The notes under the pieces: model-generated | Database searches by the model: none | Seen by the model: only the letters and a program-made list of their open reading frames with translations | Told to the model about the DNA's origin: nothing | Position numbers and translations under genes: made by a program | Shown here: positions 35,280 to 45,355 of the stretch, piece after piece | How positions within the stretch are numbered: the first letter of the stretch is position 1 | Layout of the letters: each line of letters opens with the position of its first letter | From: an uncultured Pirellulales bacterium | Lineage (GTDB): Bacteria; Planctomycetota; Phycisphaerae; Sedimentisphaerales; Anaerobacaceae | Assembly (NCBI GenBank): GCA_964439135.1 | Contig: CAYTNN010000001.1 | Span: 3,252 to 67,251 of the forward strand | Length of the DNA stretch: 64,000 bases | Direction of reading: 5' to 3'

Positions 35280-36896
35280 TTAGGGCACTACTACTTGAAT
35301 GGAAAAGGTTTTTAAAGGCTCGACACCTTCTTCCCATGATCTGTGATAGACGAGTTCGAGGGTCATCTGTCCTGCGCTTACGGCCTTGAAACGGAAGATT
35401 TCCCAGCCGCCGGCGCCGACCATTGGTGGTTCGCCTGTCTCGGATGACTTGAACTCTGCCTGGCCAAGCTGGACCAGGATAGACTTGCTGTTTTTGGGCT
35501 GCTCCCACCGATAACCGGTTGAGGGATTTGATTCGAGTGTAACGACAAGTATCTCGCCCAGCTCAAGCTCGACTTGTTCGCCGTCATTACCCTCATTGAT
35601 TTCTACAGTTTCAGCCGGCGGGTATACCTCGAGCAGATGTTCGGTAAGGACAGTCAAATCCAGGGCATCTACTATGCCGTCGCCCCAGGGTATCGGGGCA
35701 ATGTCGCACAATTGATTATCTGTGCCCCAGTATTCAATCATGATGTACATGTCGGCAGAATCTACAATCCCATCGCCATTTAGGTCGGCAATATTGTTGT
35801 TCGTGGCTGGCATTCGAACAAGAAATGTTCCTCCAAGCCAGTCATAATCTCGTCGTGTTGGGGGATTCTTGTAGCGATACTCCACACCAAAAATCAGGTT
35901 CTTGTCTGGACTGATAATACCATCCGGCACACCGTCATCGTCAAGATGAAATTCATTTCCGGGGCCAACAGAGCAATCCTTGCTTTTAACTGAATGTTCG
36001 CCGTCGGAATAATTGGCATCCACCAATAGGATTCCATTGGCATCATCAACAGCCTCTATGACACAGGTTCCCTGGCCGCAGGTGTAAGGGACAGCGCCGG
36101 GGCCGGTTTCAAGAAATCGAACCTGATAGGTACCTACAATATCAGCCATTGTTATCGCCTGGTCCGTTTTCTTGATGAAAATGTTGTATCCCAAATCACC
36201 ACTTCTGCCTTCTTCAGGAACAATTTGCCACGCGGATCCGATACCCCCCTTGCCGAGAAAGAGTGCAGCATGTCCAATGTCGTTTATCATAGGTCCAACG
36301 ATATTTATTATGGCGTTTACGTCATCGAGGGTCCAATTTATTATGCCGCCGGGCTCAATACGGCCATCAGCGTTCGTATAAGTAAGTGTTGAGGTACCAT
36401 TGGGGTCGAATGTAAAATTCCCCCATTCACAACTATCAGATGGCAATGGGTATATGGTCATCGAGTTTACTTGATGACCCAAAAAGCTATGGTCACCGAG
36501 AACATCATTAACATCTACATTGGTTGCTTTACGCGTGAAGATATCGATTCCTTCCCCGCCTCCACCAAGAACACTTCCCGCATGAATCATCACGTCGCCA
36601 TTCCAGGCAATATTATAAGTCTCGGCCGGAAAATTGATATTGATCGACCCATCCTGCTGGAATGTAGTGGTGAAAGTCTCCGAGAACATATGATTGCCGT
36701 CGTAGTCCTCCCAGTGCTGAAGCCATTGATTACCGGTGATCGACACGGTTCCCCGTTTAGCCCAGGGCGCATTCGTATTGACATCAACACTGAGACTGCC
36801 GAACCAATACTGCCCGCTTAAGTTTGGACTGCCGAACGAAACAGCAGACAATAACATAACGATTGCGATAACACTTTTTGTGATTGACCGTTTCAT
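35280..36896 (-). CDS. secreted protein with dockerin-like repeats and a C-terminal chagasin-type (I42) peptidase-inhibitor domain
   Basis: Signal peptide present. DLNGDGIVDSADMYIMIEYW...WGDGIVDALDLTVLTEHL are dockerin-like repeats. VVTLESNPSTGYRWEQ...GAGGWEIFRFKAVSAGQMTLELVYHRSWE carries the NPTTGYxW signature of inhibitor family I42. Confidence 0.7.
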   Translation of the reverse strand: MKRSITKSVIAIVMLLSAVSFGSPNLSGQYWFGSLSVDVNTNAPWAKRGTVSITGNQWLQHWEDYDGNHMFSETFTTTFQQDGSININFPAETYNIAWNGDVMIHAGSVLGGGGEGIDIFTRKATNVDVNDVLGDHSFLGHQVNSMTIYPLPSDSCEWGNFTFDPNGTSTLTYTNADGRIEPGGIINWTLDDVNAIINIVGPMINDIGHAALFLGKGGIGSAWQIVPEEGRSGDLGYNIFIKKTDQAITMADIVGTYQVRFLETGPGAVPYTCGQGTCVIEAVDDANGILLVDANYSDGEHSVKSKDCSVGPGNEFHLDDDGVPDGIISPDKNLIFGVEYRYKNPPTRRDYDWLGGTFLVRMPATNNNIADLNGDGIVDSADMYIMIEYWGTDNQLCDIAPIPWGDGIVDALDLTVLTEHLLEVYPPAETVEINEGNDGEQVELELGEILVVTLESNPSTGYRWEQPKNSKSILVQLGQAEFKSSETGEPPMVGAGGWEIFRFKAVSAGQMTLELVYHRSWEEGVEPLKTFSIQVVVP

Positions 36897-37196
36897 TTCG
36901 CCTATCTCCTGTATTTTGTATGTTCTGACATTTCCAATTTAGCGATACCTGACTGCATCGTGCATCTTACGCGCACCTTTCGCGGCATATTTTATTTCGA
37001 TCAGATTCCGCTGATTGCAAGTCATAAGCGAGTTTCTCCTCCAAAAAGCCTATTATACGGGTAAAGAACAGCTTTCTTAATTATGCACAAATCAACTCAA
37101 TTTGTCAAGTGTGTTGATGTATTTTTCCGGACTATTGGTTTACATAAGAAGGCTCCGAGAGCATAAAATCGCGTTAAGATAGGTAATAACTCGGCT

Positions 37197-37352
37197 GATT
37201 TTCGACCAAAAGCGATGGTAGTTGGAAGTAAAAATAAAAAAGTTTAGAAAAATTTTTATTCCATATCAAACAAGGACTTACAGAATAAACACTGTCTACA
37301 ATTTTGTAGATTTTCGCATCAAACGCGCAGGTACGTTCAATTATGGGGGGGG
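37197..37352 (+). promoter_or_regulatory. conserved upstream element, copy 2 (upstream of the 109-aa/DnaB operon)
   Basis: Reverse complement of 24779-24932. The identical 42-bp block is at 37292-37333. The palindrome TCTACAA-TT-TTGTAGA is at 37295-37310. A G8 run (37345-37352) lies at the operon-proximal end. Confidence 0.6.
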
Positions 37353-37428
37353 CGGCTTTTTTTCGGCCGGGGCCGAGAGCCGGTCGCCCGAAATGTGAAT
37401 ATAGCAGCCTGGGACCGGGATTGAACGG

Positions 37429-37758
37429 ATGGTTTCGAATAATAGTGACATTATGACCTGTCACGAGCAAGAGCTACAAGAGATGCTTGAGATCGGCCTG
37501 TATCTCGGTTCCGGGCCGCGATACCTGCTCTATTATTACGGGCAGCTTGCGATTACCAATGGCGTTGGGTTGAATCGTTGGCCGGAAGGGCCGAAGGTGG
37601 TCGTCGCCGTTATCAAGGCTCAGGAATGTGCGGGCGGGCTCAGCCCGGCGAGAAAGGCGTATCTGCTGGCGAAGCTGCGTTCGCTGGAAGATGTCAGGAA
37701 AGTACAAAGCCGGCTCGCGAGCGAGGAAAGAGGCCGGCTCAGTTTGCAAAGGAGTTGA
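37429..37758 (+). CDS. phage hypothetical protein
   Basis: 109-aa ORF ending 1 nt before the dnaB ATG. Start is uncertain. Confidence 0.45.
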   Translation: MVSNNSDIMTCHEQELQEMLEIGLYLGSGPRYLLYYYGQLAITNGVGLNRWPEGPKVVVAVIKAQECAGGLSPARKAYLLAKLRSLEDVRKVQSRLASEERGRLSLQRS

Positions 37759-37759
37759 A

Positions 37760-39112
37760 ATGTCAAAGAAGGATGTCACTATGCCGTTACGAGAGCTTCC
37801 GCAGTCGATAGCAGCCGAGGCGGCGGTGTTGGGCTCGATCATACTCGATCCGGCATGCCTTGCCGAGGCGGCCGAGCTTCTCTGCGTCGAGGCGTTTTAT
37901 TATTACGAAAACCGTGCGATATACGAGGCGTTGCTGCGAATCTCCAACTGTGGTGACGGCGGATCCATCGATTGCGTGCTGCTACGGGATGAGCTGGTCA
38001 CGATGGGCAAAATGGAGGAGGTCGGCATAGAACATCTCGTAAAGATAATGGATAGCGTTCCGTCGGCCGCCAACGCGATATATTACGCGAAGATAGTCAG
38101 AGAAAAATACCTGCTTCGCAAGCTGATTGCAGCCAGCAAGGACATCTGCGAGAAGGCGTACGAGCAGGGCGAGACGGTTGATGAGCTTATCGATATGGCC
38201 GAAGCGAGCATCTTCGCAATTGGCCGGCAGACTCAGGTTTCGACTATGCACACGCTGAGCGAGTTGCTGCCTTTGGCATTTGAAGCCATCGAGATGCGTG
38301 ACCCGAACAGCCTGACGGGATTATCGACGGGATTCTATCAGTTGGATGAGATAACATGTGGCCTACAGAAGGGCGATGTGATTGTGATGGCGGCTCGCCC
38401 GAGTATTGGCAAAACGTCGCTGGCACTGAACATTATCGAGAACCTGCTAATCGGCGAAGATGTGCCGGTCGCTTTGTTCAGTCTTGAGATGGGCGGCGTG
38501 CAGTTAGCCGAGCGGATGATGAGTTCCCTTAGCCGATTGGAAAATCAGAAGGTCAGGAAAAATCATCTGAACGACAAAGACTACGCCGAGCTGGCGGACG
38601 GTATGGGACGGCTTGTGGAAAGACGCCTCTGGATCGAAGAGGCCTCCGTGCTGACGCCGCTTAGCATTCGGTCGAGAGCCAGGCGTCTGAAGGCCGCTTA
38701 CGATATACAATGCATCGTCATCGACTATTTGCAGCTTATCAGCACGCACGGCCGGCATGAAAATCGCCAGCAGGAAATCACGAGGATAAGCCGGTCGATC
38801 AAATCGCTTGCGAAGGAGTTGGATGTCCCTGTCATATTGCTCAGCCAGCTCAACCGGGCGCCTGCCGGCCGCAGCAACTTTATGCCGAGGCTGACCGACC
38901 TGCGTGAGAGCGGCAGCATCGAGCAGGACGCCGATGTCGTTTTGCTGCTGCATCGGGAGGATTATTACCATAAGGGACAGGCCGATTACTGTAATACCAA
39001 CGTGGCGGATATTATCATCGCCAAGCAGCGAAACGGCCCAATCGGAGCGATAAAACTGACGTTCCGCCCGGAATTGTCGAGATTCGAGAGCTATGCGCCT
39101 CCGGAGCAATAA
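37760..39112 (+). CDS. dnaB: replicative DNA helicase DnaB
   Basis: LPQSIAAEAAVLGSIILDP (DnaB N-terminal domain), Walker A ARPSIGKTSLALN, LFSLEM, IVIDYLQL, and SQLNR...DLRESGSIEQDADVV. ATG at 37760 follows GGAG. Confidence 0.9.
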   Translation: MSKKDVTMPLRELPQSIAAEAAVLGSIILDPACLAEAAELLCVEAFYYYENRAIYEALLRISNCGDGGSIDCVLLRDELVTMGKMEEVGIEHLVKIMDSVPSAANAIYYAKIVREKYLLRKLIAASKDICEKAYEQGETVDELIDMAEASIFAIGRQTQVSTMHTLSELLPLAFEAIEMRDPNSLTGLSTGFYQLDEITCGLQKGDVIVMAARPSIGKTSLALNIIENLLIGEDVPVALFSLEMGGVQLAERMMSSLSRLENQKVRKNHLNDKDYAELADGMGRLVERRLWIEEASVLTPLSIRSRARRLKAAYDIQCIVIDYLQLISTHGRHENRQQEITRISRSIKSLAKELDVPVILLSQLNRAPAGRSNFMPRLTDLRESGSIEQDADVVLLLHREDYYHKGQADYCNTNVADIIIAKQRNGPIGAIKLTFRPELSRFESYAPPEQ

Positions 39113-39127
39113 AAAACGAAAAATCTC

Positions 39128-39156
39128 TTGACAAATCACTCGGAAATGCCGATAAT
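39128..39156 (+). promoter_or_regulatory. sigma70-like promoter candidate
   Basis: TTGACA (39128-39133), a 17-nt spacer, then GATAAT (39151-39156), just downstream of dnaB. Confidence 0.45.
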
Positions 39157-39352
39157 ACTTATTAATAAGGTAGTGACAGGATGATTTCATCTCGAAATTT
39201 CTTCCTGAACAATCGGGGCGGCATGCCGCAAAAGAAGTGTAAGTCTTTTTGTTTTAGTACTTTATGTTAGGAGTACTTGTTTCTAATAGGGGTCCCTTTT
39301 TTTCGTTTTTTTGGTGATGTGAACGATTGAGAATAATGAATGAGGTTATGTA

Positions 39353-39733
39353 ATGGCAAACAATGGTGACCAAGATCTTATCAGTGGTCCGTGGTCGTGG
39401 ACAGAGGATGATATAAAGCTGCTAAAAAGGCTTTATCCACGAGGAAATACCAGGATGATAGCCGCGAAGCTTTGCCGGCCCTTGACGGCGGTCAGGCAGA
39501 AGGCTTACGACATGGGTATGAAAACGGACATATACAGCTATTGGACCGAGGATGATTTGAAGCTGCTTGCAAAGCTTTATCCGGAGACAATAACAGACGA
39601 GCTTGCCGAGCGTTTTGGCAGGTCGGCAGGATCGGTAAAGACCAAAGCACGCCAATTGGGGTTAAGAAAAAGCGATAGCTATCTAAAAGCTATTAAATCC
39701 CGCCCTCGAAAACGGCGCAAGAAACAAGCCTGA
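39353..39733 (+). CDS. tandem SANT/Myb-like DNA-binding repeat protein
   Basis: Two repeats: WTEDDIKLLKRLYPRGNTRMIAAKLCRPLTAVRQKAYDMG and WTEDDLKLLAKLYPETITDELAERFGRSAGSVKTKARQLG. Basic tail PRKRRKK. Confidence 0.55.
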   Translation: MANNGDQDLISGPWSWTEDDIKLLKRLYPRGNTRMIAAKLCRPLTAVRQKAYDMGMKTDIYSYWTEDDLKLLAKLYPETITDELAERFGRSAGSVKTKARQLGLRKSDSYLKAIKSRPRKRRKKQA

Positions 39734-39909
39734 TTTTCAACGGCATTAAGTCGTAAATGTTTTAATCTTCAGTTTTGCTGGGGGCCATCTCTGGCAGTAT
39801 GTATTTAATGCGCCATAAGCATAAGTATGTACGCCATCAGTAAATTCAGTCGCAACCGATTTTCATTTCAAGCCGGAATTTTGATAAGGGCAATAAGGGG
39901 GGTACAGCC

Positions 39910-40347
39910 ATGACCAAAGCAAAAGCATTAAGTGCCAAACAGCTTGCCGTGATTGAGGATTTATTTGAAGGCCGGCTGGAAGAGCAGGCAATTCTGGAAA
40001 AACACAGTCTCAGCAGAAAGCTCTTCGACAAGTGGCTGGCCGATGAGGCCTTCACCAGCCACCTCGATTGGCGCACGGCCTGGGAATACCGCAGGAGCGA
40101 GTTTATGCTGGCCCACTACGCCCGGGTGGCTGTGTCAAATCTCGTGCAGCTCACAGATCCTGATAACAAACAACCGGAAACCGCTCGCAAGGCCTGCCTC
40201 GACATAATCACAATGCGCGCCAACCGTTCAGCCGGCACCAACGTGACGCCGGGCGAAAATCCCGCATCGCCCCCCGAATCCCCGCCATTCTCACCCGAAA
40301 CCGCCGGAAAAATCTTAGCCGTCTTAGCAGAAGAAAAAAGCGATTAG
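39910..40347 (+). CDS. HTH protein, terminase-small-subunit-like (uncertain)
   Basis: The N-terminal LSAKQLAVIEDLFEGRLEEQAILEKHSLSRKLFDKWL resembles the helix-turn-helix start of Terminase_2-type small subunits. Assignment is weak. Confidence 0.35.
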   Translation: MTKAKALSAKQLAVIEDLFEGRLEEQAILEKHSLSRKLFDKWLADEAFTSHLDWRTAWEYRRSEFMLAHYARVAVSNLVQLTDPDNKQPETARKACLDIITMRANRSAGTNVTPGENPASPPESPPFSPETAGKILAVLAEEKSD

Positions 40348-40509
40348 TACATCTTAATCAAAGACCAAATTTCTTGCCTTATTATACTTTTCGGCTCTAA
40401 ACTATAATAAGAATTCGCTTATTAAACGGAAGTATAATAAGATATGCTGAGCATGAAAATGCTATTTGCTGGTCGGAAGGTGGCATAAGGCATTAGGGTA
40501 AAGGAGTTT

Positions 40510-41919
40510 ATGAGCATGATATGCAGCAATGACTACACACGGCGGGGATTTTTAAAGACTATGGGGGCTGGGGCGGCCGTTCTGGCTTCGGCGGGGAATA
40601 TAATGGCTGGAGAGCAGAAGGCGGCGGGTAAGCCGAATATTTTGATGATTCTGGTCGATGATTTAGGTTACGGGGATTTGTCGAGCTATGGGGCGAAAGA
40701 TTTGAAGACGCCGCATATCGACAGGCTCATGACGGCCGGGATACGGTTCGATAATTTCTACGCCAACTGCCCGGTCTGCTCGCCGACGAGGGCGGCACTA
40801 CTCAGCGGGCGCTATCCGGACATGGCCGGAGTGCCGGGAGTTATTCGCACGCATATCACCAATAGCTGGGGCCACCTCGCTCCGTATGCAGAGTTGCTGC
40901 CGAAGCTGTTAAAGCCGGCCGGGTATCACACCGCCATCGTCGGCAAGTGGCATCTCGGCCTGGACTCGCCCAATACGCCGAACGAGCGCAGCTTCGACCA
41001 CTTCCACGGCTTTCTCGGCGATATGATGGACGATTACTATAACCACCGGCGTCACGGCAATAATTACATGCGGCTGAACGGCAACCAAATCGACCCCGAA
41101 GGCCACGCCACCGACCTGTTCACGCAGTGGTCGATCGACTACATCAGCGGCCGTGCCAAATCGGACCGGCCGTTCTTTTTATACCTGGCCTACAATGCTC
41201 CGCATACTCCGATTCAGCCGCCGGATGACAGGCTCGACCGAGTGAAGAAACGCGAGCCCGGCATAGATAACAAGCGAGCCAAACTCGTAGCCCTGATCGA
41301 ACAACTCGACGACGGAATCGGTAAGGTCATTGCGGCGTTAAAAGACGCCGGAGTAAGTGACAACACGCTGGTGATTTTCACATCCGACAACGGCGGCCAG
41401 CTCGGTGTCGGAGCCAGCAACGGCCCACTGCGAGCCGGCAAGCAGGACATGTACGAGGGCGGGATTCGCGAGCCGATGTGTGCGGTCTGGCCGGGAAAGA
41501 TTCAGCCGGGCACCCGCAGCGAGCGTGTCGCGCTTACGATGGACCTGTACCCGACCATCTGCGAAGCGGCCGGCGCGAAAATAGCTCACCAGATTGACGG
41601 GCGCAGCATCCTGCCGACGCTGCTGGGTAAATCGCAGCCGGCCGAGGACCGCTTTTTATTCTGGGTCCGTCGCGAGGGCGGCGGCTACGGCGGACGGGCA
41701 TATTACGCTGCACGGTACGGCGACTACAAGCTCGTGCAAAACAATCCTTTCGAGCCGATGGAGCTTTACAATCTCAAAGACGACCCGAAGGAGCAGAAAC
41801 CTCTCGGCAGGAAGAACAAAATGTATCAGAAGCTCTTTAGCGCTCTACGCAACCACATAATTGAGGCCGGAGCAGTACCCTGGCAGAAATACCCGGTCGA
41901 AATAAAGGCGGATCAATAA
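40510..41919 (+). CDS. Cys-type arylsulfatase with Tat signal
   Basis: RRGFLKTMGAGAAVLA is a twin-arginine signal. CPVCSPTRAALLSGR is the sulfatase CxPxR signature. FTSDNGG is also present. Confidence 0.9.
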   Translation: MSMICSNDYTRRGFLKTMGAGAAVLASAGNIMAGEQKAAGKPNILMILVDDLGYGDLSSYGAKDLKTPHIDRLMTAGIRFDNFYANCPVCSPTRAALLSGRYPDMAGVPGVIRTHITNSWGHLAPYAELLPKLLKPAGYHTAIVGKWHLGLDSPNTPNERSFDHFHGFLGDMMDDYYNHRRHGNNYMRLNGNQIDPEGHATDLFTQWSIDYISGRAKSDRPFFLYLAYNAPHTPIQPPDDRLDRVKKREPGIDNKRAKLVALIEQLDDGIGKVIAALKDAGVSDNTLVIFTSDNGGQLGVGASNGPLRAGKQDMYEGGIREPMCAVWPGKIQPGTRSERVALTMDLYPTICEAAGAKIAHQIDGRSILPTLLGKSQPAEDRFLFWVRREGGGYGGRAYYAARYGDYKLVQNNPFEPMELYNLKDDPKEQKPLGRKNKMYQKLFSALRNHIIEAGAVPWQKYPVEIKADQ

Positions 41920-41960
41920 CCGCAAACGCATGAGGTGATAATCACGGAGGCAACGCTGAA

Positions 41961-44900
41961 ATGAGAAAGAAAATCCTGAGCGCATTTATATTTGTGTTTT
42001 TGTTATCGGTGCTGGTTTCTTGTAGCCGGGCGCAGACTGTTTTTATCGAGGCCGAGGGCTTCGCGAACCGTGGCGGCTGGGTAATTGATCAGCAGTTTAT
42101 GGACCAGATGGGCTCGCCGTTTCTGCTGGCTCACGGCCTGGGTATACCGGTCGGCGACGCGGCGACGGCTGTATCGTTTCCGGCAGTGGGCACATACCGC
42201 GTCTGGGTGCGTACGCGCGACTGGGTTGCTCCGTGGAAGGCTCCGGGAGCGCCCGGCAGGTTCCAGCTAATTATCGACAATGAGCCGCTCGATGCCGTAT
42301 TCGGCACAGAAGGGGCCCAGTGGCACTGGCAGAACGGCGGGGTAGTCGCGATCACAAAAAATCAAGTCGTGCTCAAACTGCACGATTTAACAGGCTTCGA
42401 CGGGCGATGCGATGCTATTGTTTTCACGCTGGATATGAACTTTGTTCCGCCGAACGAAGGCGAGCCGATGGCGGCTTTTCGCAGAAGGTCACTCGGCCTG
42501 TCTGAAGTGCCTCAGAACGCAGGCAATTTCGACATGGTAGTAGTTGGAGGTGGGATCGCCGGGACCTGCACGGCGATCTCGGCAGCAAGACTCGGCCTGC
42601 AGGTGGCGCTGATACAGAACCGTCCCGTGCTGGGCGGCAACAACAGCTCGGAGGTTCGCGTCCACTTGAATGGCGAGGTCAATCAACCGCCGTACCCGGC
42701 ACTTGGTGGCGTCGTTAACGAACTCGACACCGGGCTCCAGGGCAACGCCCAGCCAGCCGAGCACTATGACGACCAGCGGAAACTCAAAGTCGTCCAGGCG
42801 GAGGAGAATATCCACCTGTTTCTGAACATGCACGCCTTAAGGGTTGAAAAGCAGGGCGACCGGATTGTAGCGGTTGTCGCCCAGGATATTCAAAAAGGCA
42901 CCATGTCGCGCTTTACCGCTCCGCTGTTTGCGGATTGTTCCGGCGACGGCACGCTCGGATTTCTCGCCGGCGCCGAGTTCCGAATGGGACGTGAAAGCAA
43001 AGAACAGACCGGCGAACCTCTGGCGCCGGAAGAGTCCGACAAAATGACGATGGGCGCATCGGTCCAGTGGTACTCGACTGCAGGCGACAGGCCATCGAGG
43101 TTTCCGGATTGTCCCTGGGCTTTACAGTTTGACGAACAAAGCTGTCACTATCTGATCCGAGGCGACTGGGACTGGGAGACGGGAATGAACCGTGACCAGA
43201 TAACCGAATTCGAGTTCATTCGTGACCACGCCCTTCGCGCCGTCTACGGCAACTGGGCTTATCTGAAGAACAGCAGTCGGGACAGGGCGAAATATGCGGA
43301 CAGTCAGCTCGAATGGGTTGCGTATATTGCCGGCAAGCGCGAATCACGCCGGCTGCTCGGTGACGTCATATTGCAGCAGCAGGACATTCAGCGACGCAGG
43401 AGATTCCCCGATTCGTTTGTCACTTCCACCTGGTCCATCGACCTTCACTATCCGGACCCGAAAAATTCTCAATACTTTCCCGGCGAAGAATTCCGTTCGA
43501 TTGCGAAGTATGCCCAGATAAAGCCCTACCCGATTCCCTACCGCAGCCTGTATTCCCGCAACATCAGCAATCTTATGATGGCCGGACGCTGCATCAGCGT
43601 GACACACGTAGCACTCGGAACCGTCCGCGTAATGCGAACCGGCGGAATGATGGGCGAGCTTATCGGAATGGCAGCGTCACTTTGCACGAAAAACAATACT
43701 ACACCTCGTGGCGTCTATGAGAATCACCTGGCCGAGCTGAAACGGTTGGCCCGAAAAGGTGTCGGAAAGCCCGCTGAGATTGACAAAGATACCTTCCGAC
43801 AGGCCGAAGAGAACGGACGTCTGGCCAATAAAGGATTTATCCACTGCCGGGACTTTGTCAAAGGCTGGCTTCGATATGCCGATAGGAAGACCGGGCTGAT
43901 CCCCAGGAATCTTAGCCGGGACAAAGACATCTGGAATGCTCAGGACAGTGCCGCGGACAATTATCCGTTTATGGTGCTCACCGCGGCCATTATAGACCGC
44001 CCGCTTTTCGACGGCAGGATGCGAAATATGCTGCGCGCTGAAACCATGTTTACATCCCGTATCGGAAGCCTGCCCGATACGTACTCTTTTACCAAGCAGA
44101 ACTTCCATGATTCGAAAGAAAATCTGGGCCGAATAATCTTCGGCTCATCGGAATATGTCAAAGACGGGCTGTTGCCGCTTACCGAATGGCTCGGGCCGAG
44201 TCCATGGTCCGAACGCATGATAAACATTCTCGACGATTTGTGGGAGCGGGCGCCTGTTAAAACAAAATATGGACAAATCGTTTCGGAAAACCAGGAGATT
44301 AACGGCGAGATGCTCCAGACATTGTCCCGTGTTTACTGGATGACCGGCGATAGGAAATATTTACAATGGGCCGTTCGTCTCGGCGATTATTATCTGCTCG
44401 GTGGACATCACCCCACACGCGATGAAGAATCGCTCAGGCTTCGCGATCACGGCTGCGAAATTGTCTCGGGCCTGTGCGAGCTGTACGCGACCGTTAATTT
44501 CGCCATGCCGGCTAAAAAGGGTGCTTATCAAACACCCATTCACGAAATGCTCGATAGCGTTCTCAAATTCGGGACCAACGAGCATGGTCTTTTTTACAAC
44601 GGTATGTATAACAAAACCGGCCGGCACGACAGAGATCTGGCCGACACATGGGGCTATAATCTCAACGGCTTTTATACCGTGTATCTGATAGACAAAACCG
44701 AGGCCTACCGTCAGGCCGTTCAGAAAGCGCTCGGCAACCTGAACGACTACTATAAAAACTATCAGTGGGAAGGCAGCAGCGCCGATGGTTACGCCGATTC
44801 AATCGAAGGCGCGATTAACCTCTACAATCGAGAGCCCGTTGATTCTACTGTGAAGTGGATGGACAGCGAAATCAAAGTGATGTGGGACATGCAACAGCCC

Positions 44901-45305
44901 AACGGCATCATCGAGGGATGGCACGGAGACGGAAACTTCGCACGTACCACAATTATGTACTGCCTCTGGAAGACAAAAGGCCTGACCATCCGTCCCTGGC
45001 GGGAGGATGTGGTTTTCGGAGCTATCCAGGAAGGAGATGGACTAAAAATAAGCATAAGCGCCGACAGAAGTTGGCAGGGAAAGCTGCTCTTTGATACGCC
45101 GCGTCATAAGACGATTATGAATATGCCGCTCGACTGGCCGCGTATCAACCAGTTCCCCGAATGGTTCACCGTAAAGCAGAATAAACGCTACATGGTACGT
45201 GACCTGACTTCCAATACGAGGAAATCCTATACGGCACAACAGTTGGCCGACGGCATAACAATCAGCCTCCAGACCGGCGTTCCGCAGTATTTGATTGTGC
45301 AGTGA
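41961..45305 (+). CDS. large secreted FAD-dependent oxidoreductase-family protein (PF12831-like) with N- and C-terminal extra domains
   Basis: 1114 aa with a signal peptide. FDMVVVGGGIAGTCTAISAARLG is a GxGxxG dinucleotide fold, followed by PVLGGNNSSEVRV. Confidence 0.7.
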   Translation: MRKKILSAFIFVFLLSVLVSCSRAQTVFIEAEGFANRGGWVIDQQFMDQMGSPFLLAHGLGIPVGDAATAVSFPAVGTYRVWVRTRDWVAPWKAPGAPGRFQLIIDNEPLDAVFGTEGAQWHWQNGGVVAITKNQVVLKLHDLTGFDGRCDAIVFTLDMNFVPPNEGEPMAAFRRRSLGLSEVPQNAGNFDMVVVGGGIAGTCTAISAARLGLQVALIQNRPVLGGNNSSEVRVHLNGEVNQPPYPALGGVVNELDTGLQGNAQPAEHYDDQRKLKVVQAEENIHLFLNMHALRVEKQGDRIVAVVAQDIQKGTMSRFTAPLFADCSGDGTLGFLAGAEFRMGRESKEQTGEPLAPEESDKMTMGASVQWYSTAGDRPSRFPDCPWALQFDEQSCHYLIRGDWDWETGMNRDQITEFEFIRDHALRAVYGNWAYLKNSSRDRAKYADSQLEWVAYIAGKRESRRLLGDVILQQQDIQRRRRFPDSFVTSTWSIDLHYPDPKNSQYFPGEEFRSIAKYAQIKPYPIPYRSLYSRNISNLMMAGRCISVTHVALGTVRVMRTGGMMGELIGMAASLCTKNNTTPRGVYENHLAELKRLARKGVGKPAEIDKDTFRQAEENGRLANKGFIHCRDFVKGWLRYADRKTGLIPRNLSRDKDIWNAQDSAADNYPFMVLTAAIIDRPLFDGRMRNMLRAETMFTSRIGSLPDTYSFTKQNFHDSKENLGRIIFGSSEYVKDGLLPLTEWLGPSPWSERMINILDDLWERAPVKTKYGQIVSENQEINGEMLQTLSRVYWMTGDRKYLQWAVRLGDYYLLGGHHPTRDEESLRLRDHGCEIVSGLCELYATVNFAMPAKKGAYQTPIHEMLDSVLKFGTNEHGLFYNGMYNKTGRHDRDLADTWGYNLNGFYTVYLIDKTEAYRQAVQKALGNLNDYYKNYQWEGSSADGYADSIEGAINLYNREPVDSTVKWMDSEIKVMWDMQQPNGIIEGWHGDGNFARTTIMYCLWKTKGLTIRPWREDVVFGAIQEGDGLKISISADRSWQGKLLFDTPRHKTIMNMPLDWPRINQFPEWFTVKQNKRYMVRDLTSNTRKSYTAQQLADGITISLQTGVPQYLIVQ

Positions 45306-45355
45306 TTATTCACAGGAGCGGTTTGCGGGTCGCCAATAAAATAAGGAGAGATCAG

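Noticed and set aside
37343-37462. Short ORFs beginning ATGGGGGG at the operon-proximal end of both shared elements (possible leader peptides)
   Set aside because: The two putative peptides share only Met-Gly-Gly, differ in length and have no RBS. The ATG is most likely just part of the conserved CAATTATGGGGGG DNA motif.
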